In this document: piece by piece, positions 51,075 to 60,877 of the stretch
How the letters are laid out: the number at the start of each line of letters is the position of its first letter
Numbering within the stretch: position 1 is the stretch's first letter
Source: Verrucomicrobiota bacterium
GTDB taxonomy: Bacteria > Verrucomicrobiota > Verrucomicrobiia > Limisphaerales > RI-55
Direction: 5' to 3'
Assembly (NCBI GenBank): GCA_041689265.1
Contig: JBDNGP010000028.1
Coordinates: 10,516-74,515, forward strand
DNA: 64,000 nucleotides
Program-made: the position numbers and the translations under genes
Notes under the pieces: generated by a model
Told to the model about the DNA's origin: nothing
Databases searched by the model: none
Seen by the model: only the letters and a program-made list of their open reading frames with translations

Positions 51075-52197
51075 CGGCGTGCAAATGACATTGATGATCG
51101 GGCCGGGCGTGCCGTTGCCCGTGCCGAAGGAGGTCGTGGAAGCTCTGACCGAGGTGAAGGTCATCGCTTCATCCGGCGAGACCGCGAGCGGCTTTGAGCT
51201 GACGTTCAACCTCAGCCGGCGTTCGCCGTTGCACACGGTGTTTCTGCTGTCGGGCGGCTCGGCGATTCCGGTGGTCCGTGTGGTGATCATCGTCACCGTG
51301 AACGGCCGGGCCGACGTGTTGATGGACGGCATGATGACGCATTACGAAGTGCAGACCGGCGCGGCGGGCGGCCAGACCCAGCTGACCGTGAAAGGAAAGG
51401 ATCTGACGGCGCTGATGGATTACATCGATTTCAGCGGCCTCCCCTACCCCGCGATGCCGCCGGCGCTGCGGGTGTTGCTGGTGCTCGCGAAGTATGCGCA
51501 GTTCGGAATCATTCCGCTGGTCATCCCGAGCATTCTTGAGGACATCCCGTTGCCCATCGACCGCATCCCCTCGCATCAGGGCAAGGATTTGGAATACGTA
51601 CAGAAACTGGCGTTGGAAGCCGGGTACGTTTTCTATCTTGATCCGGGACCGATGCCGGGAACGAGCGTCGCCTACTGGGGGCCGGAGATCAAAGTCGGTC
51701 CCGCGCAACCGGCGTTGAACGCGGACATGGACGCGCATCGCAACGTGGAATCACTAACCTTCCGTTACGACAAGGAAAGGAAGGAGATGCCGATTGTTTA
51801 CCTGCACGAACCGATCAGCAAGGTGTCGATCCCGATTCCGATTCCGGACATCAGCCCGCTCAGTCCGCCGCTCGGATTGGTGCCGCCAATCCCTCCGAAA
51901 ATCACCATCCTCGAAGACACCGCCAAAATGTCGCCGTTGAACGCCGCGTTGCACGGCATCTCCTACGCAGCCCGGCATTCGGACGTGGTGTTCGGCGAGG
52001 GCTCGCTGGACGTGACGCGTTACGGCCGGATTTTGAAGTCGCGACAACTCGTTGGCGTGCGCGGTGCCGGGGAGGGATTTGACGGACTTCACTACGTCCG
52101 CAGCGTGACCCACCGGATCAAGCGCGGGGAATACAAACAGAACTTTTCCCTGAGTAGGAACGGACTCCTTTCAACCACGCCGAAAGTTCCCGCATGA
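51067..52197 (+). CDS. Baseplate hub protein (late control D / VgrG N-terminal-like)
   Basis: Precedes the spike gene; GKDLTALMD, DLEYVQKLA, VGVRGAGEGFDGLHYVRSVTH. Confidence 0.78.
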   Translation: MVNGVQMTLMIGPGVPLPVPKEVVEALTEVKVIASSGETASGFELTFNLSRRSPLHTVFLLSGGSAIPVVRVVIIVTVNGRADVLMDGMMTHYEVQTGAAGGQTQLTVKGKDLTALMDYIDFSGLPYPAMPPALRVLLVLAKYAQFGIIPLVIPSILEDIPLPIDRIPSHQGKDLEYVQKLALEAGYVFYLDPGPMPGTSVAYWGPEIKVGPAQPALNADMDAHRNVESLTFRYDKERKEMPIVYLHEPISKVSIPIPIPDISPLSPPLGLVPPIPPKITILEDTAKMSPLNAALHGISYAARHSDVVFGEGSLDVTRYGRILKSRQLVGVRGAGEGFDGLHYVRSVTHRIKRGEYKQNFSLSRNGLLSTTPKVPA

Positions 52198-52706
52198 GTG
52201 AAAAACGATACTACGGAAAATACCGAGGCACGGTATTGAACAACATCGACCCGATGCAAACGGGCCGCGTGCAGGTGCAGGTGCCGAGCGTCACGGGCCT
52301 GATGATTTCGACCTGGGCGATGCCGTGTTTTCCCGCGACTGGAAAGCAGATGGGCACGTGGGCGTTGCCGCAGATCGGCACCGGTGTCTGGGTTGAATAC
52401 GAGCAGGGAAATCCGGACCATCCGATCTGGACCGGTTGCTGGTTTGGCACCGCCGCCGAGGTACCCGCCCTGGCGCTCGCCGGCAATCCGGCCAGCCCCA
52501 GCATCGTCCTCCAAACCGCGCTGCAAAACACCGTCATGATCAGCGACGTGCCGGGTCCGGCGGGAGGCATTCTGCTAAAAACCACCACCGGCGCAATGAT
52601 TTCGATCAGTGACACCGGGATCATCATTTCCAACGGCAAGGGGGCCATCATCAACATGACCGGCTCGATCACAGACATCAACGCGGGAGCACTCACCATC
52701 ACCTGA
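52194..52706 (+). CDS. Baseplate assembly protein V / gp5 OB-fold spike
   Basis: YYGKYRGTV, DPMQTGRVQVQVP, WAMPC, LPQIGTGVWVEYEQGNPDHPIWTG. Confidence 0.92.
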   Translation: MSEKRYYGKYRGTVLNNIDPMQTGRVQVQVPSVTGLMISTWAMPCFPATGKQMGTWALPQIGTGVWVEYEQGNPDHPIWTGCWFGTAAEVPALALAGNPASPSIVLQTALQNTVMISDVPGPAGGILLKTTTGAMISISDTGIIISNGKGAIINMTGSITDINAGALTIT

Positions 52707-52708
52707 CC

Positions 52709-53026
52709 ATGCCCGGACCCATCGTACATCTTGGAGCCACCGTCCTCTGCATGCACGCAGGCACGGCCCAGCCGACCGCGCCGTTTCCCCGCGTGCTGGT
52801 GAGCGGACAACCGGTCGTCAACCTGACCAGCCCGTATGTCGTGGCCGGATGCACGTTGGCGAGCGTCCCGAGCCCGCCGTGCGTGACCAGTCAATGGGTG
52901 ATGGGCGCGATGCGCGTGTTGGCGGGTGGCGCGCCGGTGGTCATTCAAGGAGGTCAGGCGGTTTGTGTCCCGACTGGCACCGGCCTCAACGTGGTCGTCG
53001 TTCAACCGAGGGTCATTGCAACATGA
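52709..53026 (+). CDS. PAAR-like spike tip protein
   Basis: GATVLCMHAG, RVLVSGQPV, GC...PC, RVLAGGAPV, QPRV; Cys/His metal ligands; follows the spike gene. Confidence 0.8.
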   Translation: MPGPIVHLGATVLCMHAGTAQPTAPFPRVLVSGQPVVNLTSPYVVAGCTLASVPSPPCVTSQWVMGAMRVLAGGAPVVIQGGQAVCVPTGTGLNVVVVQPRVIAT

Positions 53027-53391
53027 AACATTTCGACTTCCCCTACCAGCTCGATGCCCGCGGACGCACCGCCACGGCGGAACGCGATCCGCACATCTGC
53101 GACCTGATCGAGCAGGTACTGTTCACCTCGCCCGGCGAACGCGTAAACCGACCGACGTTCGGCTGCGGATTGTTGCAACAGGTCTTCGAGCCAAACAGCG
53201 AAACGCTCGCCGCTACCACGCAATTTCTCATTCAAAGTTCGCTCCAACAGTGGCTCGGTCACCTGATCCAGGTGGATGCCGTTTCGGTGGAAGCGCTGGA
53301 TGCGACGTTCAAAGTGACCGTCGCCTACACCGTCCGTCGCTCGGGTTCCAGCGAGGTCGCCGAGTTCAACTCTGGAGGAACCAACGCATGA
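53023..53391 (+). CDS. GPW/gp25 family baseplate protein
   Basis: DFPY, IEQVLFTSPGERVNRPTFGCGL; start ATG 53023. Confidence 0.92.
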   Translation: MKHFDFPYQLDARGRTATAERDPHICDLIEQVLFTSPGERVNRPTFGCGLLQQVFEPNSETLAATTQFLIQSSLQQWLGHLIQVDAVSVEALDATFKVTVAYTVRRSGSSEVAEFNSGGTNA

Positions 53392-55973
53392 TCTACCTGT
53401 GCTGCAACAAACGTCGTCGGCTGCTTCTGCGGCAAGAGAACGAACGTCGCAAGGCGGACGGCGATCCCATATTGAACGGCGCGGATTTTCTCGAAGTGCT
53501 GGATCAGGACGCCCCGTCGGGAATCGGAAACATCGAACGGCAGAACACGCTCCTCGTGCGGATGTTTGAACCGGGCTTCACGCTGGATGGCAGCAACGTG
53601 ATCATCACCGGCGGCCAACGCATAACGCCCGTCCGCGTGCTCTGGGCGCACACAGCCGACGCCATTCCCGCCGCCGTCGCCCCGCCGCCCGAGCGTGCTT
53701 TATTCGCAGCGTTGCCCGAGCCCGACCGGACGTTGGTGGTGCGCACGGATTCGACCGGCGATTATTCGACCTACCGGCTTTCACTGGTTCAATCAGCGAT
53801 CAACCCTGTTCCGCCCGACGGGTTCGACCCGCTGTTTTCCTCCATTGATTTTTCTTTCAAGGTCGAATGTCCGAGTGACTTCGATTGCGCGGATCGGAGA
53901 GAATGTCCGCCGGTCGCGGAGCCGCTGCCGCTGATTGATTATCTGGCGAAAGATTACGCGAGCTTCCGTCGGCAGATGCTGGATCGGATGTCCTTGTTGG
54001 TCCCCGGCTGGACCGACCGCACACCCGCCGATCTCGGCATCACGCTCGTGGAACTGATGGCCTACGTGGGCGACCGCCTGAGCTATCAGCAGGACGCCAC
54101 CGCCACTGAGGCGTATCTCGACACGACGCGGAAACGCGTGTCGGTCCGGCGTCACGCGCGGTTGGTGGATTACTTCATGCACGACGGCTGCAATGCCCGC
54201 ACCTGGGTGCAGATTCAATGTCAGCCGGGCACGAGCGGCGCGGTGCTTCCGTCGGCGACGCAGCTTGCCACGAAAGTGTTTCCCGATACGCCGGTTATCG
54301 CACCCGATTCGCGACCGCACGAGGATCTGCTCATTCAACGTCCGGTGGTATTCGAGACGATGACGCCGCTTGAACTGTTTTCCGAACACGAACGGATGAC
54401 ATTCTACACCTGGGGCGATGCTCAGTGCTGCCTGCCAAAGGGTGCGACGCGCGCGACCTTGCTCGGGCATTTTCCCAACTTGAAAACCGGCGACGTGGTG
54501 ATGCTGGCCGAGGTGTTAAATCCGCGCACCGGCACTGCTGCGGACGCCGACCGCACGCGACGCCATCCCGTGCGCCTCACACAGGTTCAATCTGACGGGA
54601 CCGGCGGCGGCCCGCTGGTTGATCCGTTGAACGGCGAGGAGATCACCGAGATCACGTGGGCCTCCGCCGATGCTTTGCCCGTTCCGTTTTGTCTCTCGGC
54701 GGTAACCGATACCGACCACGATTCAACGGAGGTTTCCGACGTGAGCGAACTCCGGGGAAACCTTGTGCTCGCCGATCATGGTCGAAGCTTCGTCGACCAA
54801 CCGCTTGGAACCGTGCCCGACTCGTTGCTATTCCGCCGGATGTCGGACGGCGACTCGTGTTCACCCGCGCGGCCGCAGATGATTCCGCCGCGTTTCCGTC
54901 CACAACTGGGCGAAGCGCCGGTGACGCAGGCCGGCTCCTTTGATCGAATGCACCCGGTCAGCAACGCGCTGGTTCAAGATCCGGCGGAAGCGCTGCCGGC
55001 AGTCCAACTGGAGAGCACCGATCTGGTCGGCGACGCGGCGCCGTGGAATCCGCAGCGCGATTTGCTGAACAGCGACGGGGCGGCGAACGAGTTTGTGCTG
55101 GAGGTGGAATCGGACGGATCGGCGTCGGTCCGGTTCGGCGATGACGCGCACGGACGGCGGCCCGAATCAGGTTCCACATTTGCGGCGACGCGTTACCGCA
55201 TCGGCAACGGCACCGCCGGAAACATCGGCGCGGAATCGTTGTTCCACATTGTCACGAACGAACCGGCGGTGGCGGGTGTCCGCAATCCCATGCCGGCAAA
55301 AGGCGGGACGGAACCGGAGACGATGGAGGAAGTCCGGCAGCGCGCGCCCCATGCATTCCGCAATCAGGAACGCGCCGTGACCGAGGCTGATTACGCCGAC
55401 AAGGCCCAGCTCAATCCCGGCGTGCAACGCGCGGCGGCGACGTTCCGCTGGACCGGCAGCTGGCACACTGTTTTTCTGACGGTCGATCCGTTGGGCGGCG
55501 TGATCACGAACAAGGCGCTCAAACAGCAATTCAGAACCGGCGTGCTGGGTGGACTGGAACGCTACCGGATGGCGGGTCACGATCTGGAGGCAGACGAACC
55601 GCGTTACGTCCCGCTGGAGATCGTGATGCACGTGTGCGTGAAGGCTGGATATTTCCGGAGCGACATGCGCGGCGCGCTGTTGTCCGTGTTCCACAGCCGG
55701 TTGATGTCGAACGGCCGGAAGGGCGTGTTTCACGCCGATAATTTCACGTTCGGTCAGGCGGTTTATCTGAGCCCTCTCTACGCCGCCGCGCAGGAGATCG
55801 CAGGCGTCGGCTCGGTTCACATCACGACGTTTCAGCGACAGGATCAGCCCGGCACTCTGGCGCTCGAAACCGGCCGGCTTGAACTCGACCGTCTGGAAAT
55901 CGCGCGCTGCGACAACGATCCCGGCTTCCCCGAGCACGGGATTTTTCAACTGGATCTGGGAGGTGGAAAATGA
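53388..55973 (+). CDS. Baseplate J/gp6-like wedge protein 1
   Basis: DYLAKDYASFR, ADLGITLVE, YQQDA, FGDD...G.RP, YRIGNG, RAVTEADY; start ATG 53388. Confidence 0.9.
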   Translation: MIYLCCNKRRRLLLRQENERRKADGDPILNGADFLEVLDQDAPSGIGNIERQNTLLVRMFEPGFTLDGSNVIITGGQRITPVRVLWAHTADAIPAAVAPPPERALFAALPEPDRTLVVRTDSTGDYSTYRLSLVQSAINPVPPDGFDPLFSSIDFSFKVECPSDFDCADRRECPPVAEPLPLIDYLAKDYASFRRQMLDRMSLLVPGWTDRTPADLGITLVELMAYVGDRLSYQQDATATEAYLDTTRKRVSVRRHARLVDYFMHDGCNARTWVQIQCQPGTSGAVLPSATQLATKVFPDTPVIAPDSRPHEDLLIQRPVVFETMTPLELFSEHERMTFYTWGDAQCCLPKGATRATLLGHFPNLKTGDVVMLAEVLNPRTGTAADADRTRRHPVRLTQVQSDGTGGGPLVDPLNGEEITEITWASADALPVPFCLSAVTDTDHDSTEVSDVSELRGNLVLADHGRSFVDQPLGTVPDSLLFRRMSDGDSCSPARPQMIPPRFRPQLGEAPVTQAGSFDRMHPVSNALVQDPAEALPAVQLESTDLVGDAAPWNPQRDLLNSDGAANEFVLEVESDGSASVRFGDDAHGRRPESGSTFAATRYRIGNGTAGNIGAESLFHIVTNEPAVAGVRNPMPAKGGTEPETMEEVRQRAPHAFRNQERAVTEADYADKAQLNPGVQRAAATFRWTGSWHTVFLTVDPLGGVITNKALKQQFRTGVLGGLERYRMAGHDLEADEPRYVPLEIVMHVCVKAGYFRSDMRGALLSVFHSRLMSNGRKGVFHADNFTFGQAVYLSPLYAAAQEIAGVGSVHITTFQRQDQPGTLALETGRLELDRLEIARCDNDPGFPEHGIFQLDLGGGK

Positions 55974-58759
55974 GCGACACACTGGACCCGAGCCTGGCGG
56001 GATTGAACGATTGCGGCTGCTGTTCCGGCACGACCGCCGAGACACCCGGCCTGCAGTTCAACCGCGAGGGGCTGGACGAAATTCAATACCGGATCGGCGA
56101 CCACGGTTCGTTCAAGCGGACGATGTTGTCCGAACTCACCACCGCCGACCACCCGCTGCTTCAGAACCTGACCACGCGGTCGGACGACGACTTTTCCATC
56201 GCGCTGTTCGATGCCTGGGCGACGACCGCCGACGTGTTGACCTTCTATCAGGAACGGCTGGCCAACGAATCCTATCTGCGGACCGCCACGGAAAAAGGCG
56301 CGGTGCAACGGCTGGCCCGGCTGATTGATTATCAACCCGCGCCCGGTGTGGCTGCCGACACCTGGCTGGCGTTCAACATGGAATCCGCACCCGGCGCGCC
56401 CGACGCCGTCCGCATCGATGCCGGCGCGAAGGTGCAAAGCATTCCCGGTCAGGACGAGAAACCGCAGACCTTCGAGACGCTCGAAACGCTGGACGCGCGG
56501 TTGGAATGGAACGCGATGGCACCAGCGTTGACCCAGGCTTCGCCGATTCTTCGCGGTGCGCTGGATTCCGAAAACATTCGCGAAACGTGGTTCAAGGGAA
56601 CCGCCACCCGGTTGCAGGCGGGCGATGCGATCCTAATCATTGGCGACGAACGCGAGAAAAACCCGACCGCGTATCCGGACAAGGAGCGCTGGGATTTTCG
56701 CATCCTGACGCGGGTAACCGAGAGCCCGGAGAAAAACTGGACGCACGTTGAATGGGAGGAAGGTCTCGGGCAGGTTCCCATCCAAGCGGCCGCCAAGAAT
56801 GTCCGTGCCTACGCGTTTCGTCAGCGCGCCGCACTCTTCGGCCACAACGCGCCGACGCCCAACCTCGTTTACGATTCACATGGCAACCCGATCAGTTCAT
56901 GGCCGAGCTTCCAAATAACGAACAACCTCATCGAACTCGATGCGGCTTATTCAAAAATTGTTCCCGGCAGCTGGGTGGCGTTGATGGCGCCGCCCACTGA
57001 CAGTCATGAACGCGGTTATGTCGAATTGTTCAAGGCGGACAAGGTGTCGTTTCCATCGCTGGCAAAGTTCGCCCTTTCCGGCAAGTCGACACGCATCAAG
57101 CCGGATTCCACGGAACATTTGGGCGACGACACCTTTTCGTTGCAAGACACACTCGTGCTCGCGCAGACCGAGCCGTTGGAAATCATTGAGCCACCATTCA
57201 CCCAGCGACCGGCCGAAGCACCCAGCAAGTTGGTTGCTTTGGATCCCGGTGTTCTGGCACCGGTGGAAGGGACACGGATTCTGGTGTCGAAGCAGTTGAC
57301 CGATCTTCCATCGGGCCGGCCTCTAATTGTTACCGGAAAACGGATGCGGGCACGGGTCAGTTTTGATGCCACCAATGTGATCCTCATGGATGACAGTGGC
57401 GCGACGTTCAAGGTGTTGAAACCTGGTGAAACTTTCATCGTAGTCAAGCGTCCGGGAATTAAACCCGGCGGGAACATCGAATGGCGATTGCGTCACAACG
57501 ATGGATGGGAGGGAACGCTCGTCACCGCCGTGGCCAATCTTTCATTGATTGGTTCACTGGCGGACGATGAAACGATCAATGAACGGGTGGAGGTGGATAC
57601 AATTTCAGGTAATCCATCGGAAATTCTGCTGCGCAACGACGGTCTGGCGAATCTCTACGACCGGTCGACCGTGACGATTTCTGGCAACGTCGCCTACGCC
57701 ACGCACGGGGAAACCGTCGAGGAGTTTGCCGGAAGCGGGGACGCTACGCGGGTGTTCCAGAAATTTTCACTGCTTCAAAAGCCGCTGACATTCGTACGCG
57801 CCGACAATCCGAAAGGAATGGAATCGACGCTCGACGCACGGGTGGACGACCTGCTGTGGAAGGTCGCGCCCAACCTGTATCAACGCGGTTCAAACGAGCA
57901 GGTTTATGTGGCCCGGCTCGGCGTGGATGACCAGCCGACGGTGACGTTTGGTGACGGCGTGTCCGGCGCGCGACTTCCGACCGGGCAGCAGAACATTCGT
58001 TTCAAATACCGCAAAGGCAGCGGGCTGGCGGGCATGATGAAGGCGGGTCAGTTGACGCAACTGCTGACGCGTCCGCTGGGCGTGAAGTCCGTGACCAATC
58101 CGTTGCCGGCCGAAGGCGCGGACGATGCGGAATCGCTCGACGACGCGCGAACCAACGCGCCGTTGACAGTGCTGACGCTCGACCGCGTGGTGTCGCTGAA
58201 GGACTACGAAGATTTCGCTCGAGCCTATCCCGGCATCGCCAAGGCGCTGGCCACGTGGACCTGGAACGGCCGGGTGCGCGGCGTGTTTCTGACCGTCGCC
58301 GGACCCGGTGGTGCGGCGATTGATCCCAAGGGGACTGTGGCGGAAGGATTGTTGAATTCCATCCGGGCAGCCGGTGATCCGTTTGTTCCCGTTCAGGTGG
58401 ACACCTATCGGCTGGCTGAATTTGAAGTGACGGGGACGATCACCGTGGATGGGCAGTTTGAGAAGGACAAGGTGCTGACCTCGGCCCGGGACAAACTGCG
58501 GGAGCGTTTCTCATTTACCCAACGCCTGTTTGGTCAACCGGTTGTGTTGAGCGAGTTGATTGGCGTCCTGCATTCCGTGTCCGGCGTCGTCGCGGTGGAC
58601 GTCGATCATCTGCAGCGAACGGATGTGGCCGACCCGGTTGATCCCGCGCCACGATTGCTTGCCGAACTGCCCGTCGGCGGTGCCGACACAGAATTGAAAC
58701 CGGCCGAGCTGTTGTTGCTCGCACCCGGAAACCTGGAGGAAATCACGAACGCATCATGA
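55970..58759 (+). CDS. Baseplate J/gp6-like wedge protein 2
   Basis: DVLTFYQERLANESYLRTA, FGDGVSGARLPTG, YRKGSG, RVVSLKDYEDFA. Confidence 0.9.
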   Translation: MSDTLDPSLAGLNDCGCCSGTTAETPGLQFNREGLDEIQYRIGDHGSFKRTMLSELTTADHPLLQNLTTRSDDDFSIALFDAWATTADVLTFYQERLANESYLRTATEKGAVQRLARLIDYQPAPGVAADTWLAFNMESAPGAPDAVRIDAGAKVQSIPGQDEKPQTFETLETLDARLEWNAMAPALTQASPILRGALDSENIRETWFKGTATRLQAGDAILIIGDEREKNPTAYPDKERWDFRILTRVTESPEKNWTHVEWEEGLGQVPIQAAAKNVRAYAFRQRAALFGHNAPTPNLVYDSHGNPISSWPSFQITNNLIELDAAYSKIVPGSWVALMAPPTDSHERGYVELFKADKVSFPSLAKFALSGKSTRIKPDSTEHLGDDTFSLQDTLVLAQTEPLEIIEPPFTQRPAEAPSKLVALDPGVLAPVEGTRILVSKQLTDLPSGRPLIVTGKRMRARVSFDATNVILMDDSGATFKVLKPGETFIVVKRPGIKPGGNIEWRLRHNDGWEGTLVTAVANLSLIGSLADDETINERVEVDTISGNPSEILLRNDGLANLYDRSTVTISGNVAYATHGETVEEFAGSGDATRVFQKFSLLQKPLTFVRADNPKGMESTLDARVDDLLWKVAPNLYQRGSNEQVYVARLGVDDQPTVTFGDGVSGARLPTGQQNIRFKYRKGSGLAGMMKAGQLTQLLTRPLGVKSVTNPLPAEGADDAESLDDARTNAPLTVLTLDRVVSLKDYEDFARAYPGIAKALATWTWNGRVRGVFLTVAGPGGAAIDPKGTVAEGLLNSIRAAGDPFVPVQVDTYRLAEFEVTGTITVDGQFEKDKVLTSARDKLRERFSFTQRLFGQPVVLSELIGVLHSVSGVVAVDVDHLQRTDVADPVDPAPRLLAELPVGGADTELKPAELLLLAPGNLEEITNAS

Positions 58760-60852
58760 GCACGCAAAAACCAGATTTGATGAAACTGCTCCCGGCGATC
58801 CACCGGTTGCGGGACGCGGAGGGCGGCGGTGCGTTGCGCGAACTGCTGGACGTGATCGGCACGCAGGCCGCCGTGTTGGAGGAGGACCTTGAACAGCTCT
58901 ATGACGACCTGTTCATCGAGACCTGCTCCGAATGGGTGGTGCCTTACATCGGCGACCTGATTGGTTATCAATCATTGCACGGGCAGTCGCCGGGCTTGGG
59001 CAGCGCGCGCTCGGAGGTCGCCAACACCATCGGTTACCGACGACGAAAAGGAACCGCCGCGATGCTGGAACAACTCGCGCGCGACGTCACGGGTTGGCCG
59101 GCGGCCGTCGTGGAATTCTTTCAACTGCTCGCGACCACGCAGTACATGAACCACGTCCGCCGTCACAATCAGCTGACGCCGGATCTGCGAAACTGGGAGG
59201 CGCTTGAATCGTTGGACCACGCGTTTGACCGGCTTGCGCATTCGGTGGACACCCGCCGGATCGCGTCGGGTGAAGGGCGTCACAACATTCCGAACATCGG
59301 CATTTTTATCTGGCGGCTGCTCGCGATGTCGCTCACCGATTTCCCGGCAGTCGCGGTCGACTCGCAACGTTTTCTGTTCAGCCCGCTGGGCATCGATCAA
59401 CCGCTGTTCACGCGACCAGAGACCGAGCCGACCGTCACCCATCTCGCCCGGCCGTTGAACGTGCCGGACCCGATCAGCCGACGTCGGATGTTTGAGCGGC
59501 CGGAGGATTATTACGGCGCTGGAAAAAGCGTTCACATCGAGGGCGTCGATCCCGGCGACGTGATGATTTGCAATCTGTCGGATGACGCCGGGAGTTGGGC
59601 GCACACGCCGCCGCCCGCGGGCAAGGTCGCGATCGATCCGGTGCTGGGCCGCATCGCGTTCGGAGATGCCCCGGACGGGCCGCCGAGCGTGACCTGTCAT
59701 CGCGGCTTCAGCATGAACCTCGGCGGTGGCGAGTATGAACGCGCCGACACCTTTGTTCTGCCCGCCCTGCCCTTCACCGCCATCACGGACGCGGACCTCA
59801 TCCAGGACGCGATCACCAACCGCGTTCCCGGTCAGCCGCTGCAAATCATCGACAACGGACGATACGCAGAAACCCTGCAACTGTCGGTGAACCCGGGCGA
59901 ACGATTTGAATTGCGCGCGACCAACGGTCGTCGGCCGACGCTGGTGCTGGGTGGCGATCTGGAAATTCTTGGCGGCGACGACGAGGCGGAAGTGACGTTG
60001 AGCGGACTGCTGATTCAAGGCGGGCGCATCCGGGTGCTCGGATCCCTGCGCCGGTTGCGGCTGGTTCATTGCACTCTGGTGCCCGGCATTCTTCTCGACG
60101 CGACGGGCGCGCCGCAGCAACCGGACGAGCCCAGCCTGATCGTCGAACACGGCGGCATCACGATCGAGATCAGCCACTGCATCACCGGCGGAATTCGCTG
60201 GCATGATCTGTCGCGACTGGAGCTGAACAACAGCATCGTGGACGGTCTGGACGAAACTGGAATCGCGTTTGCCGGTTCCATCCCAAGTCCGGCCGGAACG
60301 CTGGCCAACGTGGCGGGAACGTTGCGCATGGAAGAGACGACCGTCATCGGCAAGGCGCGCGTCACGATCATGGAGCTGGTTTCGAATTCCATCTTCTTCG
60401 CGCAAACCGAAACCGGCGACGGCTGGCCCGCTCCGGTTCTGTCCGAACGCAAGCAGACCGGCTGCGTGCGGTTTTCGTTTGTTCCCGATGAATCACGCAC
60501 GCCCCGTCGTTATCGCTGTCAGCCGGATCTTGAAGCGCAATTGAAAATTCAAGCGGCGGTCAAGGCCGCGCAAAAATTGAACCAGACCGTGTCGCCTGCA
60601 CAACGCGCCGCCCTGCGCAACGAAGTGGTCGCCTGGATGAAACCGGCGTTCACGTCCACGCGTTTTGGCGACGCAGCGTATTGCCAGCTCCGTTCGCGGT
60701 CGCCGAAGCAGATTCGCGAGGGCGCGGATGACGAGGCTGTGATGGGAGCGTTCCACGATCTTTTCGAACCCCAGCGGTTCACCAACCTGCGAATACGACT
60801 CAAGGAATATCTCCGGTTCGGACTGGAAGCCGGGGTCGTCAACGTGACCTGA
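58756..60852 (+). CDS. Tail protein I / gp7-like baseplate wedge protein
   Basis: LLPAIHRLRD, LYDDLFIETC.EWVVPYIGDLIG, RRRKGT, VAIDPVLGRI, EYLRFGLEAG. Confidence 0.82.
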   Translation: MSTQKPDLMKLLPAIHRLRDAEGGGALRELLDVIGTQAAVLEEDLEQLYDDLFIETCSEWVVPYIGDLIGYQSLHGQSPGLGSARSEVANTIGYRRRKGTAAMLEQLARDVTGWPAAVVEFFQLLATTQYMNHVRRHNQLTPDLRNWEALESLDHAFDRLAHSVDTRRIASGEGRHNIPNIGIFIWRLLAMSLTDFPAVAVDSQRFLFSPLGIDQPLFTRPETEPTVTHLARPLNVPDPISRRRMFERPEDYYGAGKSVHIEGVDPGDVMICNLSDDAGSWAHTPPPAGKVAIDPVLGRIAFGDAPDGPPSVTCHRGFSMNLGGGEYERADTFVLPALPFTAITDADLIQDAITNRVPGQPLQIIDNGRYAETLQLSVNPGERFELRATNGRRPTLVLGGDLEILGGDDEAEVTLSGLLIQGGRIRVLGSLRRLRLVHCTLVPGILLDATGAPQQPDEPSLIVEHGGITIEISHCITGGIRWHDLSRLELNNSIVDGLDETGIAFAGSIPSPAGTLANVAGTLRMEETTVIGKARVTIMELVSNSIFFAQTETGDGWPAPVLSERKQTGCVRFSFVPDESRTPRRYRCQPDLEAQLKIQAAVKAAQKLNQTVSPAQRAALRNEVVAWMKPAFTSTRFGDAAYCQLRSRSPKQIREGADDEAVMGAFHDLFEPQRFTNLRIRLKEYLRFGLEAGVVNVT

Positions 60853-60877
60853 GAAAACGCCATCCCCCAATATCATT